This document shows, in pieces, positions 1 to 10,636 of a stretch of 64,000 bases of DNA (the first letter of the stretch is position 1; every line of letters starts with the position of its first letter). The notes beneath the pieces are model-generated. The model saw only the letters and a program-made list of their open reading frames with translations, was not told where the DNA came from and did not search any database. The stretch spans positions 26,288,001-26,352,000 of the forward strand of contig OZ024740.1 in the NCBI GenBank assembly GCA_964016885.1, in the 5' to 3' direction. This stretch comes from Eledone cirrhosa (Eukaryota). Made by a program: the position numbers and the translations under genes.

Positions 1-208
1 AACAAACTTTGTATTTTATCTGATGAAAGCGTACCAATGTGTCTTGGTACCCTTGAAATATATATGAAAAAATAAATATGGTTTTATAAATATACCATCC
101 ATTTATTTAATATCATTGAATATTTACTCCAGTAATCTGTTGAGTGGTCTAAATCAGTTATAAACATTTATATTTGTCGGACTTCCAACAAATTAAATAC
201 CCCTTCTA

Positions 209-210
<2 letters not shown>
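1..210 (+). mobile_element. HHR-bearing repeat family A (Penelope-like pLTR fragment)
   Basis: ttttat CTGATGA aagcgtaccaa..ttggtaccctt GAAA tatata at 14-66. Related copies at ~37960-38210, ~56941-57110 (-) and ~59290-59560. Ends in (TA)n. Confidence 0.7.
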
Positions 211-251
<41 letters not shown>

Positions 252-836
252 ATTGGTTATATGAGAGGGATGAACACAGATATAAGAATACATGTGTTCC
301 AATTGCAATTGACCAAGTTAGCTAGGTTGAAAAAATACTAATTTAAAACAATATGGTTTGCCTGACTCGATTTAAAGTAATAAATGAATAAAAATAACAA
401 GCTATATCGGGCAATAACCTTCGATACCCGGACAGACCAAAATCTGTTTCGCAAGAATTATCTCCAATTATATTACACGGCTCGGAACGATTCCCTTCTT
501 TGAGCTACTTAATTGTAAAATACTATTTTTAGTTTATAACTCAATCTATATTATATATATATATATATAAACGGAAAAAATGAAACGAAATTTCATTTCT
601 CACTCTTAGTACGGCTGTTACTTAAATATAAGTATGTATACGTTCATACATATACGTATACAGACGTACAGTAGTATGTATATATATACATACATGCACA
701 CATATATATATATATGCACGTATGGATTCACCGAAAATGTATTATAATGCTCGGTGTGTTTGTAAACAAACATCCCGTATTAAGCCTACAGTGTCTAGCA
801 ACCATCGTTGCTCATTTGTTCAACACTGATAATGGA

Positions 837-879
837 ACGCTGTACTAGTTTCAAGCTTATTAGCTATCGTCAGCAACGT
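837..879 (-). ncRNA. Type I hammerhead ribozyme (family H)
   Basis: Minus strand reads acgttg CTGACGA t-agct-aata-agct-t GAAA ctag TA cagcgt. Helix I is 6 bp, helix III is palindromic ACUAGU, cleavage triplet GUA. Confidence 0.85.
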
Positions 880-1473
880 ATACCTTCCTGCCAGTTGATT
901 GAACGTCTGAAAGTATATACTTTCCTTATGCATATTAACGGCTCAGCAGCCTTATTTGCTTATCGAGCGAGTTAATCGGCCGGGGTACCGAAAACGATAA
1001 ACGGGAAAAAATGAAACGAAATTTCATTTCCCACTCTTAGTACGGCTGTTACTTAAATGTAAGTATGTATACGTACATACATATATGTATACAGACGTAC
1101 AGTAGTATGTATATATATATACATACATGCACACATATATATATGTACGTATGAATTCACCGAACATTTATTATAATGCTCGGTGTGTTTGTAAACAAAC
1201 ATGCCGTACATATATATATGTGTGCATGTATGTATATATATATACATACTACTGTACGTCTGTATACATATATGTATGTACGTATACATACTTATATTTA
1301 AAGAAGAGCCGTGCTAAGAGTGAGAAATGAAATTTCGTTTCATTTTTTCCGTTTATCGATTTCAGTACCCCGGCCGATTAACTCACTCGATATGCAAATT
1401 AGCCTGCTGAGCCGTTATTATGCATAAGGAAAGTATATACTTTCAGACGTTCAATCATCTGGCAGGAAGGTAT

Positions 1474-1516
1474 ACGTTGCTGACGATAGCTAATAAGCTT
1501 GAAACTAGTACAATGT
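1474..1516 (+). ncRNA. Type I hammerhead ribozyme (family H, inverted copy)
   Basis: acgttg CTGACGA tagct aata agctt GAAA ctag TA caatgt. Helix I pairing is retained despite two substitutions relative to the other copy. Confidence 0.85.
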
Positions 1517-1587
1517 TCCTTTGTCAGTGTTGAACAAATTAGAAACGATGGTTGCTAGACACTGTACGGCTTAATACGGGATGTTTT

Positions 1588-1622
<35 letters not shown>

Positions 1623-1627
<5 letters not shown>

Positions 1628-3130
1628 TATGAAGAGAGAAGAAACATTTAGATATAATTAGTAATAAAATGTATCATACCTAAACTGCTCCTAAATTCCT
1701 CGACTACGTAGTTTCGTGGCATAAACAAAAACAATATGTCAAAGATATAGAGTCCTTGCGAGGTCTGCCGACTTATCAAGAGGATACCTCATTTTACTAG
1801 TCTCAAGAACGCGTCTACACGACGTGAGAAAGAATCCCAAAAGGCGGGGGGGGGGGAGATAGTCACGCGATATAACGGTCGAGAAACAGAGCTAAGCCTC
1901 CTATAACCACGAAGAAAATACCACGGAGGCGAAGGGGGTATTCATATCGAGGCCGTAGAAGAGGTAGTGAAGAAGGCGAGAAGTATGAGTAATGAAAGCT
2001 TTCCAGTTGTCCCCACACTTCAAAGATTGCTCGACCAGAGGGAGTTATTAATATATTTAGAAACACACAGATACATGCGGACACACACATATATACATGA
2101 ATGCATCCGCACCCAACTGTGAGTTAAGGGTGCCGACTTCACCGATGTTGCTCAATGAATGACTGGGACAGACCAATTCAGTTGAACTAGACTGAACCAG
2201 TATCAGAGTTAAAAATACATTATGAAGAGAGAAGAAACATTTAGATATAATTAGTAATAAAATGTATCATACCTAAACTGCTCCTAAATTCCTCGACTAC
2301 GTAGTTTCGTGGCATAAACAAAAACAATATATCAAAGATATAGAGTCCTTGCGAGGTCTGCCGACTTATCAAGAGGATACCTCATTTTACTAGTCTCAAG
2401 AACGCGTCTACACGACGTGAGAAAGAATCCGAAAAGGCGGAGGGGGAGATAGTCACGCGATATAACGGTCGAGAAACAGAGCTAAGCCTCCTATAACCAC
2501 GAAGAAAATACCACGGAGGCGGAGGGGGTATTCATATCGAGGCCGTAGAAGAGGTAGTGAAGAAGGCGAGAAGTATGAGTAATGGAAGCTTTCCAGTTGT
2601 TCCCACACTTCAAAGATTGCTCGACCAGAGGGAGTTATTAATATATTTAGAAACACACAGATACATGCGGACACACACATATATACATGAATGCATCCGC
2701 ACCCAACTGTGAGTTAAGGGTGCCGACTTCACCGATGTTGCTCAATGAATGACTGGGACAGACCAATTCAGTTGAACTAGACTGAACCAGTATCAGAGTT
2801 AAAAATACATTATGAAGAGAGAAGAAACATTTAGATATAATTAGTAATAAAATGTATCATACCTAAACTGCTCCTAAATTCCTCGACTACGTAGTTTCGT
2901 GGCATAAACAAAAACAATATATCAAAGATATAGAGTCCTTGCGAGGTCTGCCGACTTATCAAGAGGATACCTCATTTTACTAGTCTCAAGAACGCGTCTA
3001 CACGACGTGAGAAAGAATCCCAAAAGGCGGAGGGGGAGATAGTCACGCGATATAACGGTCGAGAAACAGAGCTAAGCCTCCTATAACCACGAAGAAAATA
3101 CCACGGAGGCGGAGGGGGTATTCATATCGA

Positions 3131-3133
<3 letters not shown>
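1623..3133 (-). mobile_element. Retrozyme-like tandem array of a 590-bp HHR-containing unit (~2.6 copies)
   Basis: Units start at 1623, 2216 and 2806. (TA)n on both sides. One HHR per unit at 1697-1784, 2290-2377 and 2880-2967. Confidence 0.85.
1697..1784 (-). ncRNA. Type I hammerhead ribozyme, U3-A8 core variant (590-bp family)
   Basis: Minus strand reads tcctc TTGATAA gtcggca..tgccac GAAA ctacgtag TC gagga. Palindromic helix III ACUACGUAGU, GUC site. Confidence 0.8.
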
Positions 3134-3182
<49 letters not shown>

Positions 3183-3186
<4 letters not shown>

Positions 3187-4276
3187 CTATACAGTAAAGT
3201 ATGTCCATAGAATCATTTGATACTATATACATCATTTCCTCTCCCAATTATCATAATTAACCACACAAAAAATCAATTAGACCAGGCTATAAGATTAAAA
3301 GGCACCTATGACGAAACAGTAATTAAATAAACAATAGCAACCTCATCGCGGCCAGCCGCTACAGAATTTTTACCCAACATTTCAATAGCACGTGGAAATT
3401 AATTAAATATAGGATCAACCATACACAATTAGGTATAAAATTAAAGTTAGAAATGCTTATATACATACCAGGATTACGTCCCTACCCTTGGGTTCGTTCT
3501 CATTTTGAGATATCGTATTAAGGATAAATCTCGAGTTTCGAACTCGTCAGGGCACAAACTCGCTAGGACAGATTATTTTCTGAAGTGGCCACCGCTAAAC
3601 ACGAATTCAAAATGGCTAAGAACGGTGACGTGGCAGTGGTCAAGTCAGAAAGAGTGTGATTGGTTGCTTACGGCGAGTGGGTTGGTTGCTAGAAAGCGCA
3701 GCCCAATATTGCCCAAATTGCATCTCAAACTTATGGGTGATTATTAAATATAAATATTTAAATATACACCAATTAAACAAAGTCATAGATATATATGCGT
3801 TTTGGCAACCATTCACGATGTGGCTCAATGAAGAATTAATAAATTAAATAATCAGAGCAATATACTATAAAGTAAAATATGTCCATAGAATCATTTGATA
3901 ATATATATACATCATTTCCTCTCCCAATTAGCATAATTAACCACACAAAAAATCAATTAGACCAGGCTATAAGATTAAAAGGCACCTATGAAGAAACAGT
4001 AAATAAATAAACAATAGCAGCCTCTTCGCGGCCAGCCGATACAGAATATTTATCCAACATTTCAACAGCACGTGGAAATTAATTAAATATAGGGTCAACT
4101 ATACACAATTAGGTATAAAATTAAAGTTAGAAATGCTTATATACATACCAGGATTTCGTCCCTACCCTGGGGTGTCGTTCTCATTTTGAGATATCCTATT
4201 AAGGATAAATCTCGAGTTTCGAACTCGTCAGGGGACAAACTCGCTAGGACAGATTATTTTGGCTAAGAACTGTGAC

Positions 4277-4278
<2 letters not shown>
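3183..4278 (-). mobile_element. HHR-bearing repeat family G: ~678-bp unit plus partial tandem copy
   Basis: 3183-3860 is repeated from 3861. HHR-like motifs at 3478-3555 and 4158-4236 (gtccc CTGACGA gttc..gaac GACA ccccaggg TA gggac). Flanked by (TA)n. Confidence 0.8.
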
Positions 4279-4322
<44 letters not shown>

Positions 4323-4326
<4 letters not shown>

Positions 4327-4493
4327 CGAAGAAGTTGTGGTAAGGAACCAGATGGACCATAACGCACCAGAATACTCAATACCTAGGGTAGTAGAGTGGG
4401 TAATAGGAAAAAGTATGACCCCGACGGCAGAGCTCAAGCCGTTTCGACAGCTATTTCTGGACTAAATTAGGAGTTTTAGTCTGGTAATATTTT

Positions 4494-4495
<2 letters not shown>
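4323..4495. mobile_element. Fold-back repeat family I (one arm)
   Basis: aacgaagaagttgtggtaaggaaccag..gagctcaagccgtttcgac. Other copies at 36333, 38539, 52999 and 54442, all in (TA)n. Confidence 0.8.
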
Positions 4496-4571
<76 letters not shown>

Positions 4572-5291
4572 TTGACTTTATTAGTTTCAGAAGATCCCGT
4601 TAAGGGTGAAAGCAGCGGTTCTTTGCTTAAACTTTAATCTGTTATTTTAATAAATATTTGCTCTAGTGAGATTGGATAAAGTTCGTGAGATTGGATAAAG
4701 GAAGTATGTTTAGTGTGTGATAGAGAGTATAAGACAGAGTAGACAAAAGAAAGATAAGTGGGGAATTAAGGTTAGTGGGATAAAAGGATGTAAGGAGAAA
4801 ATAGCTTGCTGTTTCCTACACCAGTACGTGTCAGAGGGTATGGCCGAATATGCGAGTCCGAAGACACTGAGGTGGCGTGTGCAGTGACCGACGGATCGAA
4901 AATGTCGGGAGATCGGAGGACAGAAAAATCTTCGAGCGTCTGTCCACTCACCCAATGCTTTAATTAAGACATCATCAAGAAACCAACGAAAATAAAAGCA
5001 GGATGCTCACTTATACGTTAAATTGTGAGAAAAACGATTTTATGTGGGTATCTTGAAGAGCTGCAAGCCCTACTGCTTGAATTTGTTCCCCCAAGTATTT
5101 TCAGAGAAAGTTTGGGAAAACAAGCTAAATAGGCAGGGTTCACGGGTGGGAATCTTCTTCAATATACCCATGGTACCATTATTCATACAGTACTACCTTA
5201 ATTTGAGTTCTTCCGGGATTTCGTAACGCAGACACTAAAGGTATATATTTGAATATAAATAGGTGTGTATATGTATGCATGTATATATATA

Positions 5292-5580
5292 GTTGGTGCT
5301 ACTGGTAACATGTATCCTAGTACAACCTGTCCCATGGTCGGGTCGTTGGCGACTAAACTGGCAACCCCACCAAGGTTTCTTGGTGAGGAGGGTGACTTTG
5401 GACATCCTGCAAGACTAAAAACAAAACCTGTCAAAGTGCAAAGGAGCTCTTAAGAGTCAATGGCCATCCAAATTCACTGGGAGAGATGACCCCTTAGCCT
5501 TTGTCAAGGCAGAATTCTAGGAGAAGGAAAACTCTGATATAAAGTAGTGGCCGTACTCGAAAACGAGTTGGCAGCCACCA
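5292..5580 (+). mobile_element. RTE-like non-autonomous element / 5' UTR fragment
   Basis: Homologous to ~21150-21440 on the minus strand (gtgctactggtaacatgta..ggcaaccccaccaag..aaaacctgtcaaag). The RTE assignment comes from recall of similar sequences. Confidence 0.5.
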
Positions 5581-5712
5581 TATATATATATAATATATAA
5601 TATAAGTATATGTGTGTATCTGTGTGTGTGTTTGTATATATACATGCACAATTATATGTATGTATATATGTATTTATGTAGATAAATATATATATATATA
5701 TATATATAAATA

Positions 5713-5791
<79 letters not shown>

Positions 5792-5798
5792 CTATATA

Positions 5799-5861
<63 letters not shown>

Positions 5862-6314
5862 TATACGTCTTCACCTATGTAATTGCATACATGCATCAAT
5901 CTCTCTAATAAGAAAGGGATTTTTGGTTGTCAACATTTTTGGCCAACGTTTATTGCTTTCTTCTTACATGAAGTCTTTCTAACAAAAGAAACTAACAAAT
6001 GATTTCACCTACTTACACATATGCTTACACATAGAAGGATAGAGAGCAGTCCACATACATCAATGAACCTACACATGTTCACACACAAGAACACACGTTC
6101 AATTTTCAACGTATATATGTCTATATGTGTGTATGTCCAAACATATTCGTATGAGGACGTACGTGGGACGGTTATATATAGGCAATAAATAAGAATTAAT
6201 TTGAATTGCGAAGCAAAAATAAAAGTAAATTGCAAAATATAAAATATAAAGCAATATTCAAAAGGAAATATAAAGGAGATATATAACGGATATAAGCGAA
6301 ATATATGTATATAT

Positions 6315-6446
<132 letters not shown>

Positions 6447-6539
6447 TATGCATGTGTTTTAGTATTTGTACACATATATATATATGTGTTATATGTATAC
6501 ATATATATATGTATGTTTATATGTATACATATACATTTA

Positions 6540-6630
<91 letters not shown>

Positions 6631-6874
6631 TTAAAGATAAACAAGTATATATATAGAAACATTCAAATAGTTTTGACGTCGTAAAAAGTTAATTCGTTAG
6701 CTGAAGGTTTTTTAATATTAAATAATACCAGAATCCCAATTGTGACAATTTTATTCCATCTTCAAGACAACTTGTCTTACCATTTGGTGCCAAAAGACTT
6801 CCATCTATTTCACATAAGTTTCCCTTCTTTCACACCTAGCTCTCTCTCTTCCTCCTGCTCTTATATCTATATAC

Positions 6875-6956
<82 letters not shown>

Positions 6957-7332
6957 TTCTCTCCTCAAATATATCTATTCTATCACTATCTTCTCTTATG
7001 TATCTATCTACCATTGCCCATTTTTACACTTTACTTTTTTATAAGTTGTGTTTTTTTGTTTGTTTCGGAAAGAGTTTTTCTGAGACATATTATTGCTAAC
7101 GCTGTTGTCTATATGTTTTATATCTTGTTTACTTTTTTATATTCACGTGCTGAAGTCATCGTTAAACATCGCCTAAATTATGCCGGTCAGTTGTGCTTAG
7201 GCATGTGTGTGTGTGTAATACTCTGACATAACCTAATTGAAACGTGACTGGGGCTGTAACGAAATCGTTTTGTAGTCTTGCTATGATGTGGTAGATTTCA
7301 CCACTGTTCTTTTATGTAACCAAGTGTGAGCA

Positions 7333-7373
7333 CACTAACGGCTGTTTCTGGTCCGTTAACCGTCTTCAGAGTG
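7333..7373 (-). ncRNA. Minimal type I hammerhead ribozyme (family L)
   Basis: Minus strand reads cact CTGAAGA c-ggtt-aacg-gacc-a GAAA cagccg TT agtg. Quasi-palindromic helix III, GUU site. Confidence 0.75.
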
Positions 7374-8095
7374 GCTGACTCCCCTTGGATTCGAAGACAA
7401 AAATAAACTAAAAGCTTATATTTATGGTTATGAATCTTAGTCGCGTATTAAATATGTTATATCAGAACATCTCTACCTCTCATTAATTTGAACTCTCCGG
7501 CTTTTGCTCTGTATGTAATTGAATTCTCATCATTCGATGTTCATAAGCAAAACTACTATAAGGTTTTAGCATCCAGTAGGAGGAGCTGTAGTTTATTTAG
7601 CATGCACCAAGACAAGGTTGACTTCGAGGAAAATTCAGAGTACCGGAACATAACCATTCATTATTTAATGGTAATCTCTCACGGCTTTTCCAGGTCGACA
7701 CCTACTTCAGAAACCTGCGAGCAGCATGATCCAACATAAATCCTATAGTTGTCGAGCGTTTATCTTTGCTAATCAGACAGGTGTAAAACCGTAATTAAGG
7801 ATTAAATGGATCATCTGATGTTTATGATTCACTTACGAATATATTGAAATATATATTTTCAATAATATTTACTTGAACGAAATCTCCCGAAAAAAGGTCA
7901 ACAACCCTTTTAAGGCTGTTGACGACCAACGATAGAACGCTAACCGTAAAGTGGGAATATTTGCTACAGAGATAACTCAACTAAAGTTACCTTATGTGCT
8001 ATGGAATGGTTGAAACTGGTTGGTTGAAGGATTAAGTTCACTACTCAAGACAAGCTTCTATTTAGTTTTTGCCTACCGAATTCTCCACATCATAT

Positions 8096-8276
8096 AATTG
8101 TTTCTACTTTTGGCACAAGGCCAGCAATTATTTCAGTGCATTACTGGTACTTCATTTTATCGACCCCGAGAGGATGAAAGCAAAGTTAACCTCGGCGAGA
8201 TTTGAACTCAGAATGGCAAGGGCCGTAACTCTATGCGTCAAAGCATGGTGTCCGACCCTCTACCGATACTGCCAAA
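8096..8276 (-). mobile_element. tRNA-derived SINE (family S1)
   Basis: Minus strand has A-box-like TGGCAGTATCGG, B-box GAGTTCAAATC and core ttgc(c)tttcatcc..ggggtcgataaaat..agtaccag. About 12 copies in the window. Confidence 0.85.
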
Positions 8277-10048
8277 AACGACAGTTTGTGACGTTAGAAT
8301 GCTTGTATGATTGAGTCGTTTCACGGTGAAATCCTGAACGTGGTTCTACACGACAGCTTAGAAATGTTTGTATAAGCCTTTAATCTTTCCTTGCTTTGAC
8401 TCAAACAATTTGAACGAAACTGTGCGATTGGAAGCTGTGTAATAGCTCATTGAATGTATTGTACATCATTTTATGTTGTATTTGAGTTAATTCGGTTTGA
8501 GAATAATGTTAAGTGCCCACTTATCTGAAATATTCAATCACTTTGACGTTAATCTAAGTTGGAAATTCAGAGGTTCGAACAACTGAGCGTTCAAAATGAA
8601 CGTGAGAATCATCAGACTGGGTGAAAGTGGAACAAGTTATAAGGAATAATATTGAATTAGAAACGTCGTGGCTGCGTATCAAAATGTTTAACTTAGTAGT
8701 TGTTGAATACAACTAATAAATAAGTTAATATGTGTTGATGTTCTCGCTCTTTCACTCACATCGTCCCTCTCCCTCACCCCTCCAGCTCCCACAATTATAA
8801 GCAAAATGGTGCCCACGCGCTGGCCCTCCCGTGGCACCGGCAGACTTAATAGAGAAGGCGTTTCCTCGGAGGATCATGAAGGAGACGCGTTAGAGGGGCC
8901 ATTCCAGCTCCCGGGGCTCACATCTGCGTGTAGACAACTCCGTGCTGATACTGCACAGATATTTCAAGGCTCACAATGAATCATAGCCACAATTTTAAAG
9001 AAATAGATTGAAACTGACCTTCGAACCAGTATCCTCCACCTCCAACCCTCTCACTCCCCTGCCTATAGATCCCAGCCGACAGGATGGAGAATACAATGCC
9101 CCGAAGGACGGCGAGGGAGACGTGCTGGATCAGTTATTCTACATGGAAGGATTCACACTTGCAGGAGGCCAACTCCGCTTCGACAGCAATGCGTAGGGAT
9201 GTGTTATATAAGTAAGGATCGAAATGACTGCTTGATGTTTGCAATTCAACTTTAACTGCTTTAGAATTCAAATATAACTAAAGAAACTCAATCATCTTTC
9301 CTATGGTTATGGATTGCGCAATCTCTCAATAGACAAAAAGCCGATTGCTATCCAGGAAATCTGTCAATACTTGACTGGTTATTGTCGGAAAACCAGTCTG
9401 GTCACGTTTAAAAGAAATCATGTACAGACTTCCGCTTGATAAGCAATCATATACAATTACGTGTGACAGTCATGCATAAATTTACATAACTGCATATTTT
9501 AGAAAGGAAAGAATAATTTATGAAACAATAAATCAACTTATTAAAAAGAATTCAAATAACATAAACCACAAAGTGCCGTTCACTGTGAATTGAGATCTGC
9601 ACGAGGGCGACTCATTGAACTGTTTTTCTATTCTTCAAATGAATGCAAAAACGAGTGGGGAATATGTCGCATTAACTGAAGAATTGCCTGCTATATTATG
9701 TATGTATGTATATGTGTGTGTATGTATATATGTATGTAAGTAAGTATGTATGTATGTATATATGTATGTAAGTATGTATGTATGTATGTATATATGCATG
9801 TATGTATATATGCATGTACGTATGTATGTATGTATGTATGTATGTATGTATGTATGCATGTGTGTATGTGAGTATGTATGTATGTATGTATGTATGTATG
9901 TATGAATGTATGTATGTATGAGTGTATGTGTCTATGGAGGTATGTATGTATTGGTGTATGAAATTATCTCATGTATTTATGTACGGGTGTATATAGGTAT
10001 ACACACATATATAAATCTCTCTCTCTCTATCACAATCTAACTCTCTCT

Positions 10049-10117
<69 letters not shown>

Positions 10118-10195
10118 TGTATATATATATATATATATATATACATACATATATATATATATATATATGTATGTATATAAATATAAATATATATA

Positions 10196-10253
<58 letters not shown>

Positions 10254-10255
10254 TA

Positions 10256-10322
<67 letters not shown>

Positions 10323-10636
10323 GTCTCCATGTAGCACATCTTTAATCTTTATATATTAATATTCAAGAGCAATGATTCATCCACATACTAATATAAGGAG
10401 ACATAGCCTAAAGATGTGCCATATACACTGATACATAATCATACCTGCATACTCACGGACATAAGAAACCCACATACTTACATACATATATACATACATA
10501 AACGTACATACGTACTTACATACACATATACATACATATATACATACATACGTACGTACGTATGTATATAGATACATCTAGAGACATCTAACAGTGTACC
10601 CTAGTGAAATGATGAAGAACGTTCCATGGAAATCTT

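Larger units (their letters stand above)
571..1588. mobile_element. HHR-bearing repeat family H: 430-bp unit, partial tandem copy, then inverted copy
   Basis: 571-1000 restarts at 1001. 1209-1588 is the reverse complement of unit sequence. (TA)n on both flanks. Fragment also at ~39372-39495. Confidence 0.85.

Noticed and set aside
405-455. Minus-strand GAAA caga..tctg TC half-hammerhead
   Set aside because: No CUGANGA-like segment in either type I or type II topology.
1863-2090. 75-aa ORF repeated in each 590-bp unit
   Set aside because: Starts in a (TG)n patch, has no recognisable domain, and its conservation is explained by repeat identity. It does lie on the HHR strand, so translation is not formally excluded.
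4585-4625. CAGAAGA t-ccc-gttaa-ggg-t GAAA motif in a repeat also found at ~60030-60098
   Set aside because: No helix III/UH or helix I could be assigned.
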